This document shows, one piece after another, positions 8,750-15,264 of a stretch of 15,979 bases of DNA. The notes below the pieces were generated by a model, which had not been told where the DNA came from, ran no database searches, and saw only the letters and a program-made list of their open reading frames with translations. This DNA comes from a candidate division WOR-3 bacterium. GTDB taxonomy: Bacteria > Hydrothermota > Tepidihabitantia > Tepidihabitantales > Tepidihabitantaceae. Numbering within the stretch: the first letter of the stretch is position 1; each line of letters starts with the position of its first letter. Location: contig JBDRUH010000035.1 of assembly GCA_039801225.1 (NCBI GenBank), positions 1 to 15,979 on the forward strand. Reading direction: 5' to 3'. The position numbers and the translations under genes were made by a program.

Positions 8750-9472
8750 GTGAGTGATGCGGTTGCTGTAAGAGACCTGGTTCGCACCTATGGGACGCTC
8801 CGGGCGGTTGATGGCATCTCCTTCACCATCCGTCCTGGTGAAATCTTTGGGCTAATCGGACCGAACGCCTCAGGAAAAACCACCACCCTGCGGGTAATCG
8901 CCACACTTTTGAAGCCAACATCAGGTGAGGTAAAGGTCTTTGACCTGGATGTGGTAAAACAGGCTAATGCGGTGCGACGGCTCATTAGTTATCTGCCCGA
9001 AGAGGCGGGTGCCTATAAAAACCTTTCTGGCATTGACTACCTTAGGTTTATGGCCACATTCTACACCAAAGATACCGTTGAACGGGATAAAATGGTTGAA
9101 AAGGGAATGGAAATAGCCGGTCTGGCGCGCCGGATTAAAGATAAAGTTGCCACCTATTCCAAGGGGATGGCGCGAAAACTGCTCCTGGCGCGTGCCTTAA
9201 TGGTAATGCCAAAACTGGCAATTCTTGATGAGCCAACCTCCGGCTTAGATGTTGAGAACTCAATGGAAATCAGGGAAAAGATCAAAAGTTTCTCCCGGGA
9301 TGGCACAACATTCCTCATCTCCTCTCACAATATGCTTGAGGTTGAGTTCCTCTCCGACCGGGTTGGAATCATCCGGCAAGGGAAAATTATCGCCTTGGGC
9401 ACACCAGAGGAGTTAAAGTCCCGCTATAACGCTTTAAATCTTGAAGAGGTCTTTGTCAAAGTAGAAGTATGA
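8750..9472 (+). CDS. ABC transporter ATP-binding protein (ABC-2/NatA-like exporter)
   Basis: Walker A GPNASGKT, signature YSKGM, Walker B ILDEPTSGLD, H-loop SSH. Confidence 0.95.
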   Translation: MSDAVAVRDLVRTYGTLRAVDGISFTIRPGEIFGLIGPNASGKTTTLRVIATLLKPTSGEVKVFDLDVVKQANAVRRLISYLPEEAGAYKNLSGIDYLRFMATFYTKDTVERDKMVEKGMEIAGLARRIKDKVATYSKGMARKLLLARALMVMPKLAILDEPTSGLDVENSMEIREKIKSFSRDGTTFLISSHNMLEVEFLSDRVGIIRQGKIIALGTPEELKSRYNALNLEEVFVKVEV

Positions 9473-10752
9473 GGGTTCTCGGCACAATTATTGTGAAAGA
9501 GATGAGGGAATTATTAACCCGGAAGATGCTTTTGCCCTTTGTGGCGATAATGGTTCTCTTCCTCTTCATCGGCAGGGCGATCCGCGGGGAACGGGCAAAG
9601 TCATCAGCACCCCAGCCGCTCTTGGTGGTCGTGCACGACACCGCCAGTATCATTGACACCCTTATCAGCCGGCTGGAGAAGAGTGGTTTCATCATCACCC
9701 GGACCGATGCCTCAAAAGACGCGGCGCTGAAGCGGGCACAGGAGGAAAACTTTTCTGCCTTATTGGTTTTTCCCGAGAGCATCGCCCAGCAACTGGCAAA
9801 AGCCGAGTCAGTTACCATTGAGGTTTATACCATCATTAAAGGTTTTTCTTTTGCCCGGGTCATCCGGAGCGTGAAGATTAAATCCACTTTTAACCAGATA
9901 AACTCCGAACTATCTCAAAAAACTCTGCAAAACCTCCTTCCCAATCTGCCGGTAGAAAACATCCAGCAGCCGCTCAAGACCGGTGAATTTGTTGTTCTGA
10001 AAGGACGGGTCGCCAAAGGCACTCCGGAACTAATTCAGGGGCTGATAATCTCCCAGACCTTTCTCATCCCGATTATCTTTTTAATGGTAATCATCTATGC
10101 CAGCCAGATGATTGCCGCATCAATCGGTCAGGAAAAGGAGAATAAAACCTTAGAGACTCTTCTTACTGTTCCGATAAACCGGGTAGCAATTGTGATTGGT
10201 AAGATGCTCGGTGCTGCTGTTACGGCAGTGGTTATCTCGGCAATATTTATGGGCGCACTGGTTTATTACGGCACCGCCTTTTCCGAAATAGACCAGCAAA
10301 CTCCTTCCTCAACCAATGTTGACCCTAGTCTACTATATCGGTTGGGGTTAAATTTTACCCCGGAAGCGCTTACCATTATTGGTCTTACCCTTTTCCTGGC
10401 GATTCTTGCCGCGCTCGCCCTCGCTACCCTCCTTGCGGTCTTTGCCGATGATGCCAAAAGCGCCCAGGCGGCAATCACCCCTTTAATGCTTCTTTGCCTT
10501 ATCCCTTACTTCTTCACGATGCTCTTTGACATCAATACCCTTTCCCTGCCTTTAAAAATTCTTCTCTTCGCCATCCCTTTCTCTTACCCTTTTTTAACCC
10601 CTCAGGCGCTCATCTTCGGAAATTATCCTTTGATTCTCTTGGGCATCGGCTATATGCTTTTCTTCTCGGCAACAGCCATCCTCATCACCGCCCGAATCTT
10701 TGCTACCGATTACCTCCTTACCGCCCGGCTCCGTCTCTGGCGTCGGCGGTAA
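9469..10752 (+). CDS. ABC-2 type transporter permease (NatB-like)
   Basis: N-terminal KEMRE plus TM helix, large extracytoplasmic domain, EKENKTLETLLTVP...IVIGK motif and several C-terminal TM helices. ATGA overlap with the ATPase gene. Confidence 0.92.
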   Translation: MRVLGTIIVKEMRELLTRKMLLPFVAIMVLFLFIGRAIRGERAKSSAPQPLLVVVHDTASIIDTLISRLEKSGFIITRTDASKDAALKRAQEENFSALLVFPESIAQQLAKAESVTIEVYTIIKGFSFARVIRSVKIKSTFNQINSELSQKTLQNLLPNLPVENIQQPLKTGEFVVLKGRVAKGTPELIQGLIISQTFLIPIIFLMVIIYASQMIAASIGQEKENKTLETLLTVPINRVAIVIGKMLGAAVTAVVISAIFMGALVYYGTAFSEIDQQTPSSTNVDPSLLYRLGLNFTPEALTIIGLTLFLAILAALALATLLAVFADDAKSAQAAITPLMLLCLIPYFFTMLFDINTLSLPLKILLFAIPFSYPFLTPQALIFGNYPLILLGIGYMLFFSATAILITARIFATDYLLTARLRLWRRR

Positions 10753-10793
10753 AAGTAAATTCCTTTGGGAGTTAAACTTGGGAGAGTATGGGT

Positions 10794-10822
10794 AAAAAAA
10801 CAGGGTCCGAATGGACCCTGTT
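10794..10822 (-). terminator. Intrinsic terminator of the 409-aa gene (possibly bidirectional)
   Basis: Stem AACAGGGTCC-gaat-GGACCCTGTT with an A-run at 10794-10800 (U-tract on the minus strand), located between convergent genes. Confidence 0.8.
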
Positions 10823-10841
10823 CCTATGGAAAAACGATTCT

Positions 10842-12071
10842 TCAGTTGCTCACAACTACCCTTACGCTCTCCTTACCTGACCTTAAGATATAAACACCGG
10901 GCTGAGAAACCGGAATAAGGTTTGCGCCTTTGGTAACTGAGAATTTGCCAACCGCCCTTCCGGAAGCGTCAAAAACCTTAACCTGAGCATCTTCAGCCGA
11001 CTGCAGCGCGATTGACTGTTTGCAGGGGTTAGCAAGAACCCGCAGCGCCCCTTTGCTGGATGTTGCCCTTCTTCCTTCTTCTATCCCGACAATTTCCGAC
11101 TGCTTGAGAATTGTGCCCACGGCACCGACCGCATAGCCAACGAATAACTCTGCCTCAATCGGATAGGGTGGCACAAACCAGACCCCGCGTAAATTCATCT
11201 CTGTCCCACTAGGCTGGGGGTTCCACAACGGCCCACCTTGATTTACAAATATCTGCCCACCAGCGCCAACCACATATGCCCGATTCATATCTTTGGGGAC
11301 AGAGACCCCATAGAATATCTGGTCCTCAGGTAGTTGCGCCCTGGTCCAAGTTTTCCCGGTATCCCGTGTGGCAAAGACAAAAGAGTCGCCAACGATATAG
11401 CCTGAAGAGGGGTCGCCGGGAGCGAAACAGATACCGGTCCAGTTGGGTGATTTGCCGACACTGAGTAACTCAAAACTGGCACCGCCATTAAGCGTCCGGG
11501 CAGCAAATCCGTTTCGCCCTAACACAAAACCGATTTGTTCCGTGGGAAAGTGCACCATATTACCCATCGCCATCGGCCAGGTGCTCAGTTCATATTTCAC
11601 CCAGGATTGTCCGCCGTTGGTGGTTTTGAATACCCTAGTACCGCCATTCCTTCGGCAACCGGCAATATAGCCAACATCACTACTGGGAAAGTGAACACCA
11701 GCCAGGTCAAGGGTCTCTGGAGCGGCACCGATATCTATAGATGTCCAGGTTGCACCGCCGTCGGTTGTTTTCCGCACGCTATTGAAACCACCCACGATAA
11801 ATCCGGTATTGTTGTCGGTAAACCAGACCGAAGCCCAGGTCAAAAAACCGCCTGGCGAGATATCAACCCATTCTGCTCCAGCGTTGGTAGTCTTCAAAAC
11901 GGTGCCCATCATTCCAACCGCATAGCCCACCGTGTCATTTACCGGAAAGTGAACTGCACTGAGGTCGTTTGTTGTACCGGAGTTCAGGGGAACCCAGGTG
12001 GCAAATAAGAGGGTGCCAGGGACAAGGAGCAGGGTGAGAACTACTGAAGAGACGCGCTTTTTAAAAAACAT
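10842..12071 (-). CDS. Secreted YCF48/BNR (Asp-box) beta-propeller protein with a T9SS-like C-terminal sorting domain
   Basis: AGGAGG RBS and signal peptide. Repeats KTTNAGAEW, KTTDGGATW, KTTNGGQSW, RTLNGGASF, ATRDTGKTW with YCF48-like 'L.AVHF...GYAVG..G'. C-terminus GIEE...NP...VKVFDASGR...GVYILR...RVVV. Confidence 0.88.
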   Translation of the reverse strand: MFFKKRVSSVVLTLLLVPGTLLFATWVPLNSGTTNDLSAVHFPVNDTVGYAVGMMGTVLKTTNAGAEWVDISPGGFLTWASVWFTDNNTGFIVGGFNSVRKTTDGGATWTSIDIGAAPETLDLAGVHFPSSDVGYIAGCRRNGGTRVFKTTNGGQSWVKYELSTWPMAMGNMVHFPTEQIGFVLGRNGFAARTLNGGASFELLSVGKSPNWTGICFAPGDPSSGYIVGDSFVFATRDTGKTWTRAQLPEDQIFYGVSVPKDMNRAYVVGAGGQIFVNQGGPLWNPQPSGTEMNLRGVWFVPPYPIEAELFVGYAVGAVGTILKQSEIVGIEEGRRATSSKGALRVLANPCKQSIALQSAEDAQVKVFDASGRAVGKFSVTKGANLIPVSQPGVYILRSGKESVRVVVSN

Positions 12072-12143
12072 TCTTCCTCCTTTTTAAAGCTTACCTCTTT
12101 CTGCGCCACCCCTTTTTAGTTCGCAGCGCTTGGCTTCAAGTTC

Positions 12144-12178
12144 TAAACCAAGAACCCAAAACCAAAAACTAACAACTC
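12144..12178. repeat. Five degenerate tandem heptamers (nnAACyn)
   Basis: TAAACCA AGAACCC AAAACCA AAAACTA ACAACTC. Confidence 0.5.
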
Positions 12179-12210
12179 TTTCCACAGGAGTGGCGCTTAA
12201 CATTGATAAC

Positions 12211-12238
12211 AATATACTCAACAATTCCCATTTGTCAA
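12211..12238 (-). promoter_or_regulatory. Putative sigma70-type promoter for the 409-aa gene
   Basis: The minus strand reads TTGACA-N16-TATATT, immediately downstream of the upstream gene's terminator. Confidence 0.65.
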
Positions 12239-12251
12239 CAAGTTGCACATT

Positions 12252-12287
12252 AAATAAAAAGGGGCGACCAGATCTGGTCGCCCCTTT
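12252..12287 (-). terminator. Intrinsic terminator of the capsid-like gene
   Basis: Perfect 30-bp palindrome AAAGGGGCGACCAGATCTGGTCGCCCCTTT (12258-12287), 3 nt after the TAA stop. On the minus strand the GC stem is followed by TTTTTATTT. Confidence 0.85.
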
Positions 12288-12290
12288 CTC

Positions 12291-12659
12291 TTACGGACCT
12301 GGCGGACTGATGGTGAAAACCTGTTCACGAATCGCCTCCAGAACCGGCTGCGCCAGACCACGCGCCACCCACTTCTGCATCAGCACATTCACCTCCCGCA
12401 TCAGCGAATCGCCGGAAATACCCTGTCGCTGCAAACGCCACAACTCCCGGGCAAAGTTCAGATAGAACGGATAGTTAATCGTCGCAACACTTTCACCATC
12501 AAGCACCTGCTTCACCTGTGTCTCCAGCGCCACAATCTCAGGAAAGGTAGCCTGCATATTCGCCACCATCGTTGAGCGCAACTCCTCAAGAATCGCCTTG
12601 ATTCGTTCTGGAGAGGTCTTAGCGCTCCACCTGGCAATCCGCTTCAAGAGATTACTCAT
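12291..12659 (-). CDS. 122-aa alpha-helical protein resembling the major capsid protein of rudiviruses/Adnaviria (SIRV2-type fold)
   Basis: Start reassigned to ATG 12659 (AAAGGAGGTG RBS at 12675-12666), with a terminator directly after the stop. By-eye colinear match to the SIRV2 coat protein recalled from memory: R.A.W.AK, P....IL, N.Q...P, V..VL, Y..F, SG..L...N.L, VL.A. That this is a real CDS is highly likely; the family call is moderately confident. Confidence 0.7.
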   Translation of the reverse strand: MSNLLKRIARWSAKTSPERIKAILEELRSTMVANMQATFPEIVALETQVKQVLDGESVATINYPFYLNFARELWRLQRQGISGDSLMREVNVLMQKWVARGLAQPVLEAIREQVFTISPPGP

Positions 12660-12665
12660 TTTAAA

Positions 12666-12742
12666 CACCTCCTTTCTGCGGCAGATTTTCTCTAGCGCCG
12701 TCCTTGCCGCATTAAGGACGGTCGTTTTTCCTCTCCGACCAT
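12666..12742 (-). promoter_or_regulatory. Structured 5' leader (hairpin plus possible pseudoknot) abutting the SD of the capsid-like gene
   Basis: Stem CCGUCCUU/AAGGACGG (12721-12698). Its loop UGCGGC is complementary to GCCGCA (12682-12677) next to the SD. A competing stem AUGGUCG/CGACCGU lies upstream. Confidence 0.4.
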
Positions 12743-12877
12743 TAAGACCCAAAAACGGGAAAATATTAACGGGTGAACTTGAATGGGCTATCAGCCCTTG
12801 CTGTAGATTTTACTCAGGATGCCAAATAACCGATTAGAGCGGTTGGTCTCTCCTCTTTCTCTTAGACAACGCCTCTT

Positions 12878-12972
12878 TGTAGGGCAAGGCTTCAGCCTTG
12901 CCTCCCTTTTTCTCTATGGAACCTGCCCGAATCGGGTAGAGGATGGACGCAAACCTAAAGGTTTGCCCTACA
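12878..12972. repeat. GTAG-family REP doublet (REPIN/MITE-like)
   Basis: TGTAG-GGCAAGGCT-TC-AGCCTTGCC at 12878-12902 and, inverted, TGTAGG-GCAAACCT-TT-AGGTTTGC at 12972-12949. Shared terminal inverted repeat TGTAGGGCAA. Confidence 0.7.
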
Positions 12973-12995
12973 GCCCATTAAAGGCAAAATTCAGT

Positions 12996-13985
12996 TTATC
13001 TTGTTATAAGTATCGCCTTTCCGCCAATGTTAGCCCCTTGCTGTTTCAGCCGTAGGATATAAATCCCTGCCGGAAGCGAATTGATGTTCACCGTCCATTT
13101 CTTCTCTTTGTCCGCGGAAGAGAGTTCCAGTCTCTTGACCAGTCTACCTGCCCGGTCATAAAGTTCGCATAAAACCGGTTGACAATTTCTGGTCTGGGCA
13201 TAGGCGGTAATAGTTAAGGTGTTCCGACAGGGATTAGGTTTCACTTCAACCCGCCCGAGCACCGCTGCCATTTGGTAGCCACCAATTCCAATAGGTGGAG
13301 CAGAGGCGAAGATTCCAGCGCCGTTCGTCCCGGCAAATACCCTTGGATTCGCACCACCCCGTACCGCTATTGACAGGATATTGACACTGGTCAGCCCCTC
13401 GTTCACCTGCTGCCAGGTAATACCGGCATCGGTCGTAAGATATACCCCAGAACTGGTGCCGGCATAGATGACACTTTCATTTTCCGGTAGAACACCCAGC
13501 GCCCGCACATTAGTGAAAGAACCGATAAGAGTCCAGGTAGTTCCACCATCATTTGATTGGAAAACACCCTGACTGGTGCCGGCATACCAGCATTCACTCC
13601 CGGCAATAAGAGCGTAAACCGCGCCAATAAGTCCATCCCCGGTATGAACCCAGGTGGCGCCGAGGTCGGTGCTCTTAAGAAGCAGTTTGTAGGAATAAAG
13701 AGAATCACCGCCTATTATGATGTGGTTGGGGTCAGAAGGGTCAATTAACAACGCATTGGCGCGGGCGATAGAGTCAGGCAGAGTGTCAAGGAACCAGGTG
13801 GCACCACCATCGGTCGTCCAAGAGGTTTGAATCCGATAGGCACCATTAATATAACCATAGCCAGCGGTAAATATTATGTCCGGATTGGTTGGTACTACTC
13901 CTAATGCGGCACCATCAGTGAGATAACTTGCTTGTTGTATCCAGACGGACCCGCCGTCTGTGCTCTTAAAGAGCTCGGCGTTTCC
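12996..13985 (-). CDS. C-terminal fragment of the split beta-propeller gene with a T9SS-like CTD
   Basis: The frame is open from 13985 (GNAELFKSTDGGSVW...TTDGGATW...) into the 251-aa ORF at 12996-13751. Confidence 0.6.
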   Translation of the reverse strand, partial: GNAELFKSTDGGSVWIQQASYLTDGAALGVVPTNPDIIFTAGYGYINGAYRIQTSWTTDGGATWFLDTLPDSIARANALLIDPSDPNHIIIGGDSLYSYKLLLKSTDLGATWVHTGDGLIGAVYALIAGSECWYAGTSQGVFQSNDGGTTWTLIGSFTNVRALGVLPENESVIYAGTSSGVYLTTDAGITWQQVNEGLTSVNILSIAVRGGANPRVFAGTNGAGIFASAPPIGIGGYQMAAVLGRVEVKPNPCRNTLTITAYAQTRNCQPVLCELYDRAGRLVKRLELSSADKEKKWTVNINSLPAGIYILRLKQQGANIGGKAILITR

Positions 13986-14402
13986 TCAACCTGACCCCTC
14001 CAACGCCCAGACCGTTGCCGGGTCAAACGGATGCACCGCCATTGCGCAGATATTACCGCAGGAAAGGAACTCCGGACACCTTTCCCAGGTGTTACCATTA
14101 TCAAACGAGCGATAGACCGCATTGTCCTGACATTCGGTGTAAATCGTATTGTCATCCCCGGCCAGAGCGAGCACCTTTATTTTGTTAAAAGAGAAATTGC
14201 CCGATATCTCCTGCCAGGTATTACCAAAATCGGTGGAACGAAAGATGCCGGCTTTTGTTCCACAGTAAACCGTGCCACTTGTCATTGGGTGAGGCAATAA
14301 CGCATACAATAAACCACCATATATTCCGGTGCCTATCTCAACCCAGGTTGCACCACTGTCGGTGCTTCTATAGAGCCTGCTACTGGTGGTGGCATAAAGT
14401 AT
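13986..14402 (-). CDS. Middle fragment of the split beta-propeller gene, ending at the in-frame TGA
   Basis: ILYATTSSRLYRSTDSGATW, RSTDFGNTW, RSFDNGNTW...VWALEGSG*. No credible start of its own. Confidence 0.5.
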   Translation of the reverse strand: MLYATTSSRLYRSTDSGATWVEIGTGIYGGLLYALLPHPMTSGTVYCGTKAGIFRSTDFGNTWQEISGNFSFNKIKVLALAGDDNTIYTECQDNAVYRSFDNGNTWERCPEFLSCGNICAMAVHPFDPATVWALEGSG

Positions 14403-15009
14403 CGCCGCAGTCACTTGACCGGTGCAGCGTCGTTGCGCCAATCCCGCGATACCCACCGACATATATCACATTGGTGTCAATTGGGTCAACAGCCAACGAA
14501 TAGCCATAGGAAGGGGCGGCGGTGTCACAGAAAAAAACCTGCCAGTTAACCCCGGCGTTAATTGAACGGGCAAGCACCGTCCGATAAACACTGCCGGCGT
14601 AATTATAACCGACCGCATAGAGGACCTCGGGGTTAAGCGGATTAAATCTCAGCGCCCGAAAATAGTTGCTACTCGGCAGAGAATAGACGCTCCAGGATGC
14701 GCCACCATTAGTGGTTTTATAAAGCGCGGCGCCGGTAAGGGCATAAACCACCTCCGGGTCACTCGGGTGAACCAATATATTCTGAGGATAGGTTGGAATC
14801 TGTCCTGAGGTAAAAAACCAACTTTCTCCGCCATTGGTTGACTTTACCAAATTGGCCGGACTGGCATAAGGAGCAAGGTAGATTGTTGGCGGGTCAGCAG
14901 TGGCGATGCCTCCAGAATAGATTGGACCGCCATTTGGTCCAATTGCTGTCCAGGCACTAAAACCGACAGCCACAACCACTGGCATTAACACAATAAAGGC
15001 GCGCATCAT
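14380..15009 (-). CDS. N-terminal fragment of the split beta-propeller gene (signal peptide plus BNR repeats)
   Basis: MMRAFIVLMPVVVAVGFSAWTAIGPNGG, KSTNGGESW, KTTNGGASW, RSINAGVNW. The frame is lost after RSSDCGDT. Confidence 0.6.
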   Translation of the reverse strand: MMRAFIVLMPVVVAVGFSAWTAIGPNGGPIYSGGIATADPPTIYLAPYASPANLVKSTNGGESWFFTSGQIPTYPQNILVHPSDPEVVYALTGAALYKTTNGGASWSVYSLPSSNYFRALRFNPLNPEVLYAVGYNYAGSVYRTVLARSINAGVNWQVFFCDTAAPSYGYSLAVDPIDTNVIYVGGYRGIGATTLHRSSDCGDTLCHHQ

Positions 15010-15025
15010 TTTACTCCTTTGAGAA

Positions 15026-15054
15026 AAATTAACCGATAATTCGCCACCAGTCAA
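15026..15054 (-). promoter_or_regulatory. Putative promoter of the split beta-propeller gene
   Basis: Minus strand TTGACT-N17-TAATTT just upstream of the AAGGAG RBS. Confidence 0.45.
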
Positions 15055-15204
15055 TACCAGTAAATAGAACCCTTTTCCCGCCTCCTCACAAACCGCGGCT
15101 CCTATCTTACCGCTCTCTTTTATAAGAAACTCCTCCCACCTTCATTCTCTTCTTCCTATCCGAGTTCCACCGCTAATCCCTAAGGTCAAACATCTCAGGA
15201 CGAA

Positions 15205-15242
15205 TATATAAAGCCAGATGGCGCGCCACGGCGCGCCATCTG
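15205..15242 (-). terminator. Probable intrinsic terminator of the 15265-15978 gene
   Basis: 13-bp inverted repeat CAGATGGCGCGCC-ac-GGCGCGCCATCTG (15215-15242), 22 nt after the stop, followed by a weak GCTTTATAT tail. Confidence 0.6.
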
Positions 15243-15264
15243 ATGGTTCTAATTCCAGCGTCAA

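Larger units (their letters stand above)
12996..15009 (-). pseudogene. Secreted BNR/Asp-box (VPS10/xyloglucanase-like) beta-propeller protein with a T9SS-like CTD, interrupted by a frameshift (~14400) and an in-frame TGA (13986-13988)
   Basis: Signal peptide at 15009 (AAGGAG RBS). S/T-x-D/N-x-G-x-T/S-W repeats continue across three ORF-track pieces. The 78 codons after the TGA are in frame with the last piece, contain two Asp boxes and have no start codon. C-terminal PNP...LYDRAGRLV...LPAGIYILRL. Confidence 0.75.

Noticed and set aside
12660..12752. 31-aa N-terminal extension of the capsid-like ORF (TTG start)
   Set aside because: No RBS at 12752, whereas AAAGGAGGTG precedes ATG 12659. The region is better explained as a structured leader.
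12920..12975. GGACGCAAA and GGCAAACC resembling c-di-GMP-I riboswitch motifs
   Set aside because: The two motifs are on opposite strands, the GNRA-capped P2 stem is absent, and both are explained by the REP palindrome.
12100..13000. Provirus or integrated element around the capsid-like gene
   Set aside because: No integrase, att-like direct repeats, tRNA or additional viral ORFs, and the flanks are ordinary secreted-protein genes.
12130..13055. Plus-strand ORFs 12130-12465, 12598-12837 and 12819-13055, and other short antisense ORFs in the track
   Set aside because: They are shadows of real genes or run through terminators and REPs, with no RBS or recognisable motifs.
13986..13988. Genome-wide TGA recoding (code 4 or 25)
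   Set aside because: TGA terminates holA, the 137-aa gene, the ABC ATPase and the 409-aa gene at their natural ends.
15060..15205. Purine-rich (minus strand) intergenic stretch with several GGA motifs, possibly a CsrA-binding sRNA or small ORF
   Set aside because: The GGA motifs are not in evident hairpin loops, the ATG-initiated ORFs I found are 12 codons or fewer, and there is no clear promoter/terminator pair.
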